DNA of 29,569 bases from a virus (taxonomy: Duplodnaviria; Caudoviricetes). The notes below the pieces were generated by a model. It searched no databases, had not been told where the DNA came from, and saw only the letters and a program-made list of their open reading frames with translations. The DNA lies in IMG/VR virus record IMGVR_UViG_3300010206_000040, positions 1 to 29,569 of that record; one strand, 5' to 3'. A program made the translations under genes and the position numbers. Shown here piece after piece: positions 16,013-24,971 of this stretch (the stretch's first letter is position 1; every line of letters starts with the position of its first letter).

Positions 16013-18216
16013 CCGGCCTCCATTATGTTGTTGCGGTTTCCGGCGAGAAGAAGGGAGAGGAATGTGTGGCGCTCGTCCACCATGCATTTGCTTGCGCAAT
16101 TCCGGATCCCCCAACGGTCGCCCAGGATGATCGCGGATTTCTTGGCGCGAGTCACAGCAGTGTATAGCAGGTTGCGGTGATGCATGAAACTATGGCTCTT
16201 ATGGATCAGAACAATGGCGCAGGGGAACTCGGAGCCCTGGGTCTTGTGCACCGTCAGCGCATAGGCCAATTGAATGTCACCCACATTGGGCGATCCCTTT
16301 TCAATCTCCACAGCTATTCCATCGAAGTTGATCACGAGTGCGCCATTGGCACGCTGCTCCATGACATGGCCAATTGCGCCGTTCATGACGCCGAAATCGT
16401 AATTGTTGCGGGTCTGGATAACCTTATCGTGCGGATAGAACTTCGGCCTTCGTCCTTCAGGGACCGGTTCCACATCGACACCCCAGAGTTTCTTTTGGAC
16501 TAGCTTCTGCAACTGCAAATTAAGAGCCTTGGTACCCAGAGGCCCGATGTGCGTCGGAGTCAAAACCTGCACATCCTTGACGATATCAAAACCGAGGAGT
16601 TCCAAGCGGTTCTGGAACAACTCATCGAGGAAGGCCGATGCATTCGCAGCTTCCGTGAACTGGTCCACCAGATACCATTCCCGGCGGCCAGCCAACGTGA
16701 CCTCGCTGCTCTTGCGCACATCGCCCGTGAGGATTGCCGTGCTGTTCTCCTTGAGCACACCAGCCTGACGGACGACCTTGTTCAGAATCACCATAGGCAC
16801 CACGCGACTCTGGATCAGATCGCGTAGCACATTGCCTGGCCCGACTGGTGGCAACTGGTTATGATCGCCCACCAACACCAGGGCTGTCTTGGAAAAGTCT
16901 ACCGCCTGGAAAAGACTCCAGCACAAAGAGACATCCACCATGGAGAATTCATCCACCACGAGCACATCTGCCTCGATAGTGTTCTCCGCATTTCGGGCAA
17001 AGGTTTTGCCATCGTAGCCCAGAAGCCGATGCACCGTCACACCTTCACGGCCAGAGATTTCCTCGAGTCGCTTCGCAGCCTTTCCGGTGGGTGCGGAGAG
17101 AATGATTTCCAGATCCTTGGCCTCGCAGATCGCATTGATTGTCGAGACCGTATAGCTCTTGCCGGATCCCGCTCCACCTGAGATAATGGACACAGAATTG
17201 GCCAGAACCATCTGGACAGCGGCAAGCTGTTCTTCATTTAGCTTCTGGCAGCAACGCTCCACCAGGGCCTGGGATTCCTGAGCATCCTTGAAATGGGGAT
17301 TCGGTTGCGATGCGCGATTGAATCGCTCCGCGAGTTCTTTCTCCTGCTCGTGAATGTGCTTGAATGCAACAAGGATACGGCCGTGTCCAGATGAACAACT
17401 GAAACGCCCATTGTCGATTAGAGTATCCAGGGCTTTCTCAATGCGTTCGCGACTATCAAGGGAATCCATGACCAGCAGCAAGTTTGACTGATCCACTAGC
17501 TCTTCATACTCCATCCAGCAATGCCCATTGTTCAGGGCTTCGGATAGGCAGAATTCAATTCCCGATTCCAGCCTGCCTGGATGATCCTTCGGGGTTCCCA
17601 TCTTGCGGGCGATCTTGTCGATCTTCTTGAAGCCAAAGCCCCGGACTTCTCTGGCGATCAGGTAGGGATTATCCTGCAGGATATCCATGCAGGAGGGGCC
17701 AAACTTTTCTTCCAGGGTCTTTGCCTGATAATGTGTCAGTTCAAAAGAAGAAAGCCATGCCATCACGGCATTGCTCTTGCGGGACTTCAACCATTCTTGA
17801 CGGAATGCCTGTGCCTTCTCCAGGCTGATCTGGCCAATGGCCGCAACCTTGGCCGGATCTTCTACCAAGGTCTGTTCGAATTCCGAACCTAAGGTCTCGA
17901 CGATCTTGCGAGCCTTGGCCGGGCCGATTCCTTTGATCTCGGGGTGGTTTCCCAGATAGTGGATAAGGCCCTCGGTGTCGAGAGCAATGTCATGAACCAC
18001 GCAGTCCACTTTGAACTGCTTGCCATATTTTGGATCCGTGATCCATTGACCTTCAAGGATCACATCCTGCTGCTCTTGCGCATAGAGGTTGCCTGCGAAG
18101 GAAACGACATCGCCTTCGTGGTTGCGCAGCTTGCCAGCGGAAAACTTCGGACCGGCATAAAAGACCTTTTCTATTCTGCCCCGGAGCCTTGCGGGGGATT
18201 TTCGTTTTGATGACAC
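16009..18216 (-). CDS. recD2: RecD2/TraA-like SF1B DNA helicase
   Basis: HhH IKGIGPAKA, NPY..GFGFKKID, GGAGSGKS, APTGKAA, VDEFSM, GDHNQLPPV, AYALTVHKTQGSEF, LLYTAVTRAK. Confidence 0.93.
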   Translation of the reverse strand: MSSKRKSPARLRGRIEKVFYAGPKFSAGKLRNHEGDVVSFAGNLYAQEQQDVILEGQWITDPKYGKQFKVDCVVHDIALDTEGLIHYLGNHPEIKGIGPAKARKIVETLGSEFEQTLVEDPAKVAAIGQISLEKAQAFRQEWLKSRKSNAVMAWLSSFELTHYQAKTLEEKFGPSCMDILQDNPYLIAREVRGFGFKKIDKIARKMGTPKDHPGRLESGIEFCLSEALNNGHCWMEYEELVDQSNLLLVMDSLDSRERIEKALDTLIDNGRFSCSSGHGRILVAFKHIHEQEKELAERFNRASQPNPHFKDAQESQALVERCCQKLNEEQLAAVQMVLANSVSIISGGAGSGKSYTVSTINAICEAKDLEIILSAPTGKAAKRLEEISGREGVTVHRLLGYDGKTFARNAENTIEADVLVVDEFSMVDVSLCWSLFQAVDFSKTALVLVGDHNQLPPVGPGNVLRDLIQSRVVPMVILNKVVRQAGVLKENSTAILTGDVRKSSEVTLAGRREWYLVDQFTEAANASAFLDELFQNRLELLGFDIVKDVQVLTPTHIGPLGTKALNLQLQKLVQKKLWGVDVEPVPEGRRPKFYPHDKVIQTRNNYDFGVMNGAIGHVMEQRANGALVINFDGIAVEIEKGSPNVGDIQLAYALTVHKTQGSEFPCAIVLIHKSHSFMHHRNLLYTAVTRAKKSAIILGDRWGIRNCASKCMVDERHTFLSLLLAGNRNNIMEAG

Positions 18217-18644
18217 TCAGCAAATCTCCGGTGAAAGCGAATCAGAAGCTCCTCCACGAACCGGCAGCTTGCCTGGCGATCCGAGCAGAAGTACACGGGA
18301 ATACCATAGTCGACGATGATGGAAAGGGCTGCCCCGACAACCGCGTGGGGATGGGCTCCGCCTGCATAGCGACCTTCGAGAAGATCGCGCAGGTTGCCTT
18401 CTACCACAACGCACGCCATGGCATAGCCCTGCAACCGTTTCAGTTCCTCGCGGAACCGGTCGCGGCTGCGAATAACAGTGCCCACAAAGTCCTGGACCGA
18501 CTTGCGCTCAATGGCCACCTGGCTCTCCAGGCCAACCACCGAGTAGTCACCGGCATCCAGTTTTTTGCGCAAGCTTGGAACAGAGAAGGAGTACCCCTCT
18601 TGCTCCCTGCTATCCACAGCGATGACGATTGCGGGACCAGCCAT
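18171..18644 (-). CDS. ERCC4 (XPF/Mus81-like) domain nuclease
   Basis: VDSREQ, GDYS, IERKS motifs. Confidence 0.9.
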   Translation of the reverse strand: MAGPAIVIAVDSREQEGYSFSVPSLRKKLDAGDYSVVGLESQVAIERKSVQDFVGTVIRSRDRFREELKRLQGYAMACVVVEGNLRDLLEGRYAGGAHPHAVVGAALSIIVDYGIPVYFCSDRQASCRFVEELLIRFHRRFAECHQNENPPQGSGAE

Positions 18645-19120
18645 CAGAAGTGCGGGAACTGGTCGTGGGCCGAACCGCTAGTGAATCCATCATCCTCGAT
18701 CTGGATCCGCCGATTGAAGTAGATGTTCTCGTTCTCGCCCTTGGTGCGCTTGGTCACTTCAAGCTTCACGTTGAGCAGGCTTTCCAGATAGGAAGGGAGA
18801 TCAGAGAGCTTCTGCAACAAAAGACCACAAGTGTAAAGATCCTGCTTCAGCCACTTGATGTTCTCCTTGGTCGCCATCACATTATTGCGCCACATCAGGC
18901 GACCCTTGCAGGAGGGAGCGATGATGCGGAGAGTCCACTTGAGCATGGGATTGCCAGAGGTCTGGGACTTGGTGATCTCGACACGGTCCACATTGACCTG
19001 ATACTTGCCATCGGGAATTGCGTCGAATTCCTTTTCATCGACCTCGGCTGTGGCGAAGTCATCGTCGAACTGGGCCAGGTCGAGGTTGTTGTCGTTCCAA
19101 TCGTTGCCGTATTGATCCAT
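18644..19120 (-). CDS. DUF669-like phage single-stranded DNA-binding protein
   Basis: IPDGKYQV, SGNPMLKW, acidic tail ending FPHF; follows the AAA ATPase. Confidence 0.75.
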   Translation of the reverse strand: MDQYGNDWNDNNLDLAQFDDDFATAEVDEKEFDAIPDGKYQVNVDRVEITKSQTSGNPMLKWTLRIIAPSCKGRLMWRNNVMATKENIKWLKQDLYTCGLLLQKLSDLPSYLESLLNVKLEVTKRTKGENENIYFNRRIQIEDDGFTSGSAHDQFPHF

Positions 19121-19132
19121 GATGGTTTCTCC

Positions 19133-19936
19133 TTAGCGCTTCTGCGCCATGGTGGTGGGTTTGCTGGTTGCTTGTGCAGGAGCAGAAGCGGAAGTCGCTG
19201 CAGCCTGAGGAGCCGACGCTGGCTGGCTGACCGGAGTGGTTGTGACAGCGTTCAAGGACTTCTCGAAAGCCTGGAAGTCCAGTGGGAGCACTTCGGGAAG
19301 CTTTCCGGTGCGGTCGCCCGCATCGTAATTGGGGCTAGGCTTGGTGCGCATGACACGGGTCCATACGGGCTTGCCATCTTCGCCGGTCTTCATCTCCAGG
19401 TCGCAGAACAGAATCATGTCCACGAGTCCGGTGACGACCTTGCGCACCTTCTCAGGAAGGGTCGGCACAATGCGAGTATGGGAACCCGTGCGGGTCTCGA
19501 TATCGCGTTCCTGGCTGTGCGAGATGAGGATCAGGCCATAGGGCAAGAATGCGAGCTTGTTGAGCACACGCTGGAACTCATTGTTGATCAGCGCATATCC
19601 CTTTCCATAGCCCAGATCAGATTCATGCTCGATCTTGAACTTCTTGCACACATAGTCCGAGCACATGCGGTAGGCATTGTCCACGGTATCGATCACGATG
19701 GTCTTGAAGTCGTGCTTGCCTTCGGCGACTTCCTGGCATGCCTGGAGCATCTCGTCCCAGGTGGTGATGTTGACCTGGAACACTTCGAGGGCGTTCAGTC
19801 CGGGCTCGGTGGCCAGGAACAGCGTATTGTGGGCCTGCGAGCACCAGGTGCTCTTGCCGATCTTGCTCGGGCCATAGACCAAAGCGGTCAGGTCGAAAAG
19901 GGATGCCTTGGGTTTCGTCTTACTGGTAGGAAGCAT
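19133..19936 (-). CDS. AAA_24-type (Sak4-like) phage ATPase
   Basis: YGPSKIGKST Walker A, IVIDTVD Walker B, YGKGY, LISHS. Confidence 0.85.
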   Translation of the reverse strand: MLPTSKTKPKASLFDLTALVYGPSKIGKSTWCSQAHNTLFLATEPGLNALEVFQVNITTWDEMLQACQEVAEGKHDFKTIVIDTVDNAYRMCSDYVCKKFKIEHESDLGYGKGYALINNEFQRVLNKLAFLPYGLILISHSQERDIETRTGSHTRIVPTLPEKVRKVVTGLVDMILFCDLEMKTGEDGKPVWTRVMRTKPSPNYDAGDRTGKLPEVLPLDFQAFEKSLNAVTTTPVSQPASAPQAAATSASAPAQATSKPTTMAQKR

Positions 19937-19959
19937 TGCTTACTCCTTGATGTTTGGTT

Positions 19960-20976
19960 TTAGAATTGGGGAATGGTTTCTTGCTCGGTCTCACGGAGTT
20001 CCTCGTGGGGAGCAGCCTTCTGGTAGAGGTTCTCGATCACGTTGGGATTGCCACCGGAACTGCAAAGCGGGAAATAGGCGCAGGGCTTGTTGTACTGGAA
20101 GCAATAGCTGGTATTGCGGTAGAAAGCCTTGCGACGACGGGCATCAAGCAGTGCCTGGGACAATTCCCAGAGCTCGCTCTTGAGTTCGACAAACTGATCG
20201 CGTGAGATGTAGAGCACCTCGCGATGGAACATGCCAGGCTCCTTGTATTTCTCCGCCAGGCGCAACTGGAATTCTTCGTCAGTCTCGGGCATCTTGCGCT
20301 TGGCGCTGCTTTTGCCGGTCTTGGATTTTGCGATCAGTTCCGCAAGGCGCTCCTGATATTCATCTTCCGACTCGCCCTTGGATTGGCGAAGCTTCGCTTT
20401 CACCAGGACGTTGTAGATGATGCCGGAGATACGGATACCCATGGTCTGTTCGAGGTAACCCGCATAGAGAATGATTTGGAAGTCGGTCCACAGACGTTCG
20501 AGGTAGCTCGCATCGATCTGCGAAGCGGTCTTGTGTTCCAGAAGGAAGTATTCATCCCCCTGCTTCACGATGCCATCGACCTTTCCAGCCAGAACAAAGC
20601 TGCGCGAGGCTGCACTGGTCTCTGGATTGACGATGGGACCTTCGAAAGATTTCTCAAGCGCCACGATCTCGAATTCTTCTTTCGGGTACTGGGTCGCATA
20701 AGAGGCCATCATAGCCCTGGCGAGATTCCAATGTTCCTTCTGCCGCTCCTCCTGGAGCCGATCAGGGAAGGCCGCATCGATGATATCGAGCACCTGGACG
20801 AGATCACCGGTGCTATGCCATTTTTCAAGAGCCGAATGGATGGTGGATCCGAAGGACAAGCTGCCATCGCGTTCCAGCGGTACCAGCTCGTCGAAGTACC
20901 TGAGCTCGCAGGCCTTGCGGCAATTGCGGAAGAGCCGCCACATGGAATATGTCGTGGTCATGAGTGGACTGCTCAT
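19960..20976 (-). CDS. PD-(D/E)XK exonuclease, Cas4/RecB-like
   Basis: FGSTIH, GKVDG, LEHKT, QIILY, and Cys cluster (N-terminal C plus C-x6-C-x5-C). Confidence 0.85.
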   Translation of the reverse strand: MSSPLMTTTYSMWRLFRNCRKACELRYFDELVPLERDGSLSFGSTIHSALEKWHSTGDLVQVLDIIDAAFPDRLQEERQKEHWNLARAMMASYATQYPKEEFEIVALEKSFEGPIVNPETSAASRSFVLAGKVDGIVKQGDEYFLLEHKTASQIDASYLERLWTDFQIILYAGYLEQTMGIRISGIIYNVLVKAKLRQSKGESEDEYQERLAELIAKSKTGKSSAKRKMPETDEEFQLRLAEKYKEPGMFHREVLYISRDQFVELKSELWELSQALLDARRRKAFYRNTSYCFQYNKPCAYFPLCSSGGNPNVIENLYQKAAPHEELRETEQETIPQF

Positions 20977-21293
20977 TGATGGACCTCCTCGAGATCACGG
21001 GCGTTGGCAGTGCGGAATACGGCAGCATCGCTGACGTCGATCTGTACAGCTCCTTCGCCATACTCGCGGGTCGCATAGCCAGTGAAGATGCGGGCCAGCT
21101 GCAGGCCAACTTCGTTGGAACAGTCAATGCGGCAGCGGCGGTGCTTTCGGTCGAATTCAAACCGAGCGTCCATGCGGACTCTGGAATGGCCAAATACACT
21201 TTCCACGGCGATCAGGGAAAGCATGAGTGTATCCTCGAGCTCCTGCACGGGAATGGCGGTATCGAAGCGATACTCGTAGGTCTGTGTAGACAT
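20973..21293 (-). CDS. Hypothetical protein (106 aa), first gene of the replication/recombination operon
   Basis: AAGGAG RBS; ATGA overlap with the next gene. Confidence 0.75.
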   Translation of the reverse strand: MSTQTYEYRFDTAIPVQELEDTLMLSLIAVESVFGHSRVRMDARFEFDRKHRRCRIDCSNEVGLQLARIFTGYATREYGEGAVQIDVSDAAVFRTANARDLEEVHQ

Positions 21294-21321
21294 CCTATTC
21301 TCCTTTGGTTTCTGTTTTTCC

Positions 21322-21957
21322 TCAGGCCCGAGGGTTCCTTGGTTTCATACCGGAAGACTTGCGCGGATGACGCGAGGTCACGTATTCCTGCATTCCAGCA
21401 GCGCTGAAATGATTGCGGATGGTCCTCAGCTTGGAATACAGGGTGGTCCTGGGCATATCGAGCTGCAGGGCCACATCCGTCAGGGAATGGCCCTTCAACA
21501 GCTGGCAGATTTCCTGGAGATCTTCAGGCAGGCTTTCCATTGCCTTTTTGAAGTCGATGGCGAAGGAGTATGCATCTTCGATGGATTCACCATCGTCGTC
21601 CAAGCCGATCGTTGGGCTACGGACGAGATCCATGAACTCGTAGAACTCCCCCTCGTTGTTGCTCAAGGGCTCGTTCAAGGAGTCCTGGCAGCGCTTCCAA
21701 TCCCGGCAGGATGCGTTCCGGGCTTCCAGAATGGTGGCAATCCGGTGCTCTACGATCCGGCTCACGAAGGTGCTCATCTTGGCGATGGTTGGATTGAAGC
21801 GAGGCAGCCGCTGCAGAAGATCAGCCACCAGCTCCTGCTCGAGATCGGGCATGTCGGAGAACGAGTACCCTGCGGTACCCACCATTTGCCTTGCCTTGTG
21901 TTTGATCAGTCGTGCGGCGTATTCATCGATTCCCCGGTATGTATTTCCTGTATGCAT
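21322..21957 (-). CDS. Sigma-70/ECF-like RNA polymerase sigma factor
   Basis: Region 2-like DLEQEL..LLQRLPRFNP..TFVSRIV; region 4 HTH SLTDVALQLDMPRTTLYSKL. Confidence 0.85.
   Translation of the reverse strand: MHTGNTYRGIDEYAARLIKHKARQMVGTAGYSFSDMPDLEQELVADLLQRLPRFNPTIAKMSTFVSRIVEHRIATILEARNASCRDWKRCQDSLNEPLSNNEGEFYEFMDLVRSPTIGLDDDGESIEDAYSFAIDFKKAMESLPEDLQEICQLLKGHSLTDVALQLDMPRTTLYSKLRTIRNHFSAAGMQEYVTSRHPRKSSGMKPRNPRA
21348..21372 (-). promoter_or_regulatory. Bipartite motif CGTCAT-N12-TCCGGTA upstream of the replication operon
   Basis: Minus strand CGTCAT ccgcgcaagtct TCCGGTA tg; lies within the 3' end of the sigma gene. Confidence 0.65.
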
Positions 21958-22037
21958 CTTCGAGTCCCATGGTCAGGCCGGGAGTGCTTGACGGCGGGAG
22001 CTCTGCACCGGCGATCAGTTTTTGAACCGTCGCCATG

Positions 22038-22174
22038 CACCGGTGAATTTTCGCTGAGGACTCTTAGGGGACTGGTGAATTCACCGGTGAAAACACCGAA
22101 AACAGCGATTCTGCACTAAAATCGCAGGAAATATTTCTCAACTTTTTTCTTGGGGACCTGGTGAATTTTCACCA
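22038..22174. promoter_or_regulatory. Cluster of GGTGAA/TTCACC palindromes upstream of the sigma gene (putative operators)
   Basis: GGTGAATTCACC 22074-22085, TTCACCGGTGAA 22080-22091, TGGTGAA-tt-TTCACCA 22159-22174, degenerate copy at 22041-22056. Confidence 0.55.
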
Positions 22175-22179
22175 AAACG

Positions 22180-22207
22180 AAAAAAGCCCCGGCTGGAGGG
22201 CCGAGGC
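22180..22207 (-). terminator. Intrinsic terminator after the 22231 gene
   Basis: Minus strand GCCTCGGC-cctcca-GCCGGGGC stem (one G:U) followed by TTTTTT. Confidence 0.75.
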
Positions 22208-22230
22208 GTTCTGTTTAATATGGCGGTTTG

Positions 22231-23349
22231 CTAGTTGTATTCTTCATTATCGTCAAAGTCGCGGAAACCAGAGTCGGTCTCCATTTCGAGCCTTGATATG
22301 GATGTCTTCCGCTCAGTCTTTCTATTCGGGACAATTGTGAATAGGCAGATGTATTCTCCTTTTCGTCCAACGATAGGAGGTTCTGCAATGCCAAAGAAAT
22401 CTATGAGAGCATCGCACAGGAGCTGCTTCTGTTTTTTCAAGGCTTCAGCTTTCTGTGGCACACGATACGGAATTCGTCCTCCACCGATGGCAAATGCCTT
22501 CAGGGTAGTCCATTGCAAATTGTGCTGCTTTGTTCCAGTCTTCTTCTGATTTTGCATACCCATGGCAGAATACGAGTAGCGTTCTCCCTTGATGCCAGGT
22601 GCTGAAATTTTGACCTCGTCATCATTCAAGAATTCAATGCGGATATCTTTCCACGAACAATTGGCAGGTGTCGGGAACTTCGCGCTTGGCCTGTACTCAA
22701 TCGCCGGTTCTTTCACGCTGCCAGTATCTCTCGCGATGATCCCGGTTGCCGTCACATCCACAAGGTCTCGAAGGATTTTCAACTCCCCGCCAAGCTTTGC
22801 TATCTGGCCATCGAATCCAGGAGTCTGAGCCTTTGGATTAGCAAGCAACAGCACAAAAGGTTTTCCACTAGCATCCGCTTGGATGTCCGACAGGCAAGCC
22901 TTAAGGTGCCTGCTCTCGTAGCAATACGCCACATAATATGGACGAGGGGCTTCTGTTGCTTGAGTCGACTTGCCAATCCGAATAAGCCTGCTGTTGTTCG
23001 GGAATTCCGAGAACTCATCATTTAGCGATAGCACCCGAGCCAAATGCTTGTGAAGCGTCTTGGCATGGATCTCGTATAGCAGAATGCTTTCGCGAGTGAC
23101 CTCGAATGGTTTCCTGTAGCCCTTGGGACAAACTGCGCGGAACTTACCACCAACGTCCTGGACTTCGGCATAGCATCCTTCCATACAGTCATCACTGCCA
23201 CAAGGTATCGCTGTCGCTGGACCTCGAGGCACGAATAGGCCTTTGTGTATTTTGCCAAGGCCATCGATGTAGGGATGCCAATCTTGCTTGAGGCCTTTCG
23301 TTCCATGGGCTGAAATTCGAAGCCAGAGGGCAGAAGCATCATTCCTCAT
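22231..23349 (-). CDS. Hypothetical protein (372 aa) with N-terminal Cys cluster and possible C-terminal DNA-binding domain
   Basis: Long ORF coupled to the upstream gene (11-nt overlap); CGSDDCMEGC..VC; no family recognised. Confidence 0.75.
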   Translation of the reverse strand: MRNDASALWLRISAHGTKGLKQDWHPYIDGLGKIHKGLFVPRGPATAIPCGSDDCMEGCYAEVQDVGGKFRAVCPKGYRKPFEVTRESILLYEIHAKTLHKHLARVLSLNDEFSEFPNNSRLIRIGKSTQATEAPRPYYVAYCYESRHLKACLSDIQADASGKPFVLLLANPKAQTPGFDGQIAKLGGELKILRDLVDVTATGIIARDTGSVKEPAIEYRPSAKFPTPANCSWKDIRIEFLNDDEVKISAPGIKGERYSYSAMGMQNQKKTGTKQHNLQWTTLKAFAIGGGRIPYRVPQKAEALKKQKQLLCDALIDFFGIAEPPIVGRKGEYICLFTIVPNRKTERKTSISRLEMETDSGFRDFDDNEEYN

Positions 23350-24505
23350 CGGCTATTTCCTCGCAAATAAAACCTCTGGCAGCAAGCCAACGATCAAACA
23401 ATGCACGATCCTGATCGTTGCGCACCTCTTCCTTGTTGTCGCTCCCAATCTTCAGGAGCTTCGGACGGGGCGAGTTTTTCAATTTGATCGCGAAGGAAGC
23501 CTTTCTGATCTCACCTTCTGGAATCGATTCATCTGCCGATTCAAGCACGGAGAATAGATCCGTAGCCTTGCGGATGTCCCAAAGTTGCTGGCCTCCAGAG
23601 CTTCTTAGGATCTGCACTTCCCTCAGAACCACATATTCGATCTCCGCAAATTCAGCGCAGGCCAAGGAATCCTTGCCCAGTTCCCGCAATGGAGAAAAAT
23701 CGAAACGGGAGCTGCGGCCGAAAAAATCAGGCGAACCAAAGATGTATTTCCCGATATGTTCCAGATACAATTCCTGGAGCCACTTCTGCTTTGGCGTCAT
23801 GCGCAGGGCTCCGCTCGCCGTCTCATAAATCAACAAGTCGTGAGTTTCCGGTCTATAGAAAACGCTGGTTGATTTTCCTTCATGGATTGCTGCTTGCCTT
23901 GAGAATTGCTCACCATGCCTTACTGTGATGACAACGCAGGACCCGATTTGCTTGATCGCAACCGCTGAAGAACCGCCTCGGCGCTTCTCGGTGAAGCCAA
24001 GATCCAGTGCCTTTTCAAGATCGGCCAGCATACCTTCAGAGGGCATCTTGAACTCATAATCTTCCAGATCTACTTCAGCCATGAAATACTGGAATGACTT
24101 GGTGCTGGAGAAAAGATCGGTGGCATGCACCTCATTTAGCAAAGCGGGTTCATTGAGATAGATTGCGATAGCGAAGTCTGCGTTTGTCGCTTTTGCATCG
24201 ATAGCAGGAGCCCATGGCTTTTCCTTGGTGAGTTCCTGCATGTGGTCAAACAAGACCTCGTCCTGTTTGGCCAGCTCGCCGACCTGGAACAGCGCATTCT
24301 GAAAGGTCTCGTCCATACCTTCAGGGTCTGCAAGGATTGAGCTGATTCGCTCGTAATCCAGTTCTTCCGGTTTATCCGGAAGGTTATAGTCCTTCGCTTG
24401 AAGGAAGGTCTTGCCCAATTGCAGGAACTTCAGGAACAACTCAGGTTCCACCTCCCTCAATGAGCTTGGTTTTGAGAAAAATCTCGCATTTAGTGTTTTA
24501 GCCAT
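23339..24505 (-). CDS. Hypothetical protein (388 aa)
   Basis: GGAGG RBS; long ORF; no family recognised. Confidence 0.8.
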   Translation of the reverse strand: MAKTLNARFFSKPSSLREVEPELFLKFLQLGKTFLQAKDYNLPDKPEELDYERISSILADPEGMDETFQNALFQVGELAKQDEVLFDHMQELTKEKPWAPAIDAKATNADFAIAIYLNEPALLNEVHATDLFSSTKSFQYFMAEVDLEDYEFKMPSEGMLADLEKALDLGFTEKRRGGSSAVAIKQIGSCVVITVRHGEQFSRQAAIHEGKSTSVFYRPETHDLLIYETASGALRMTPKQKWLQELYLEHIGKYIFGSPDFFGRSSRFDFSPLRELGKDSLACAEFAEIEYVVLREVQILRSSGGQQLWDIRKATDLFSVLESADESIPEGEIRKASFAIKLKNSPRPKLLKIGSDNKEEVRNDQDRALFDRWLAARGFICEEIADEE

Positions 24506-24642
24506 CCCATATCCTCCGATCCATTCTTAGTCCATTTTTTTCCTTGCCTATCATTGTCGGAGGAGTACATCCCCTCCAATTTTGATTAAATGCGGCACAT
24601 TTGAGCAGTCCGCAAAGATAGCCAACTTCTCGTGACTATTTC

Positions 24643-24667
24643 CGACAGTTTTACCGTCAATCCGGTA
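24643..24667 (+). promoter_or_regulatory. Variant bipartite motif CGACAG-N12-TCCGGTA upstream of the integration operon
   Basis: CGACAG ttttaccgtcaa TCCGGTA ag; same spacing, 4/6 match in the upstream box. Confidence 0.5.
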
Positions 24668-24707
24668 AGAAACCTTTGAATCCACAAGAATTTCAAAGGA
24701 CAGGCAG

Positions 24708-24938
24708 TTGGAAAACTCAAACATCACAACAAGAAAGCAAAGCTCAAACATCACAATTCCCGAGACAAGTCCCATACCGGAAGCATTCGAACAGAGCTGC
24801 CCGGATGTCTCTCCCAAATCGGCGTTTGAATCCATATACGAGATCTTGGCTGAAGCATTTCTCCGAACCAAGAGGAGGTGTGCAGGCATCTCTCATATAC
24901 GGCGAAATCAGAAGGAATCAGAGGGCGATCAAGACTAA
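24708..24938 (+). CDS. Small hypothetical protein (76 aa) preceding the DUF2924-like gene
   Basis: TTG start with AAGGA upstream; helical IYEILAEAFLR segment. Confidence 0.45.
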   Translation: MENSNITTRKQSSNITIPETSPIPEAFEQSCPDVSPKSAFESIYEILAEAFLRTKRRCAGISHIRRNQKESEGDQD

Positions 24939-24971
24939 TGACTTGACTATTCCCGAGGTATTGTCGTCATT
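24939..24971 (+). promoter_or_regulatory. Motif TGACTTGA-N8-GAGGTA-N4-CGTCATT upstream of the DUF2924/serine recombinase genes
   Basis: Matches 7357-7389; lies 28 bp before ATG 25000. Confidence 0.5.

Noticed and set aside
16013-16114. Track start of the primase at 16114
   Set aside because: Overlaps recD2; ATG 16012 has a GGAGG RBS and ATGA coupling.
18629-19963. 444-aa plus-strand ORF
   Set aside because: Antisense shadow of the DUF669-like and AAA ATPase genes.
19960-20976. Cas4-like nuclease as evidence of a CRISPR-Cas system
   Set aside because: No other cas genes or array; context is a phage recombination operon.
24716-24756. 14-bp direct repeat CTCAAACATCACAA (24716 and 24743)
   Set aside because: 27-bp period is in frame within the small ORF (SNIT twice); most simply a local duplication.
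24775-24799. Minus-strand TCCGGTATG as another regulon promoter
   Set aside because: Upstream box at the N12 spacing is CAGCTC, not CGTCAW; similar half-matches near 2233 and 8451 also lack it.
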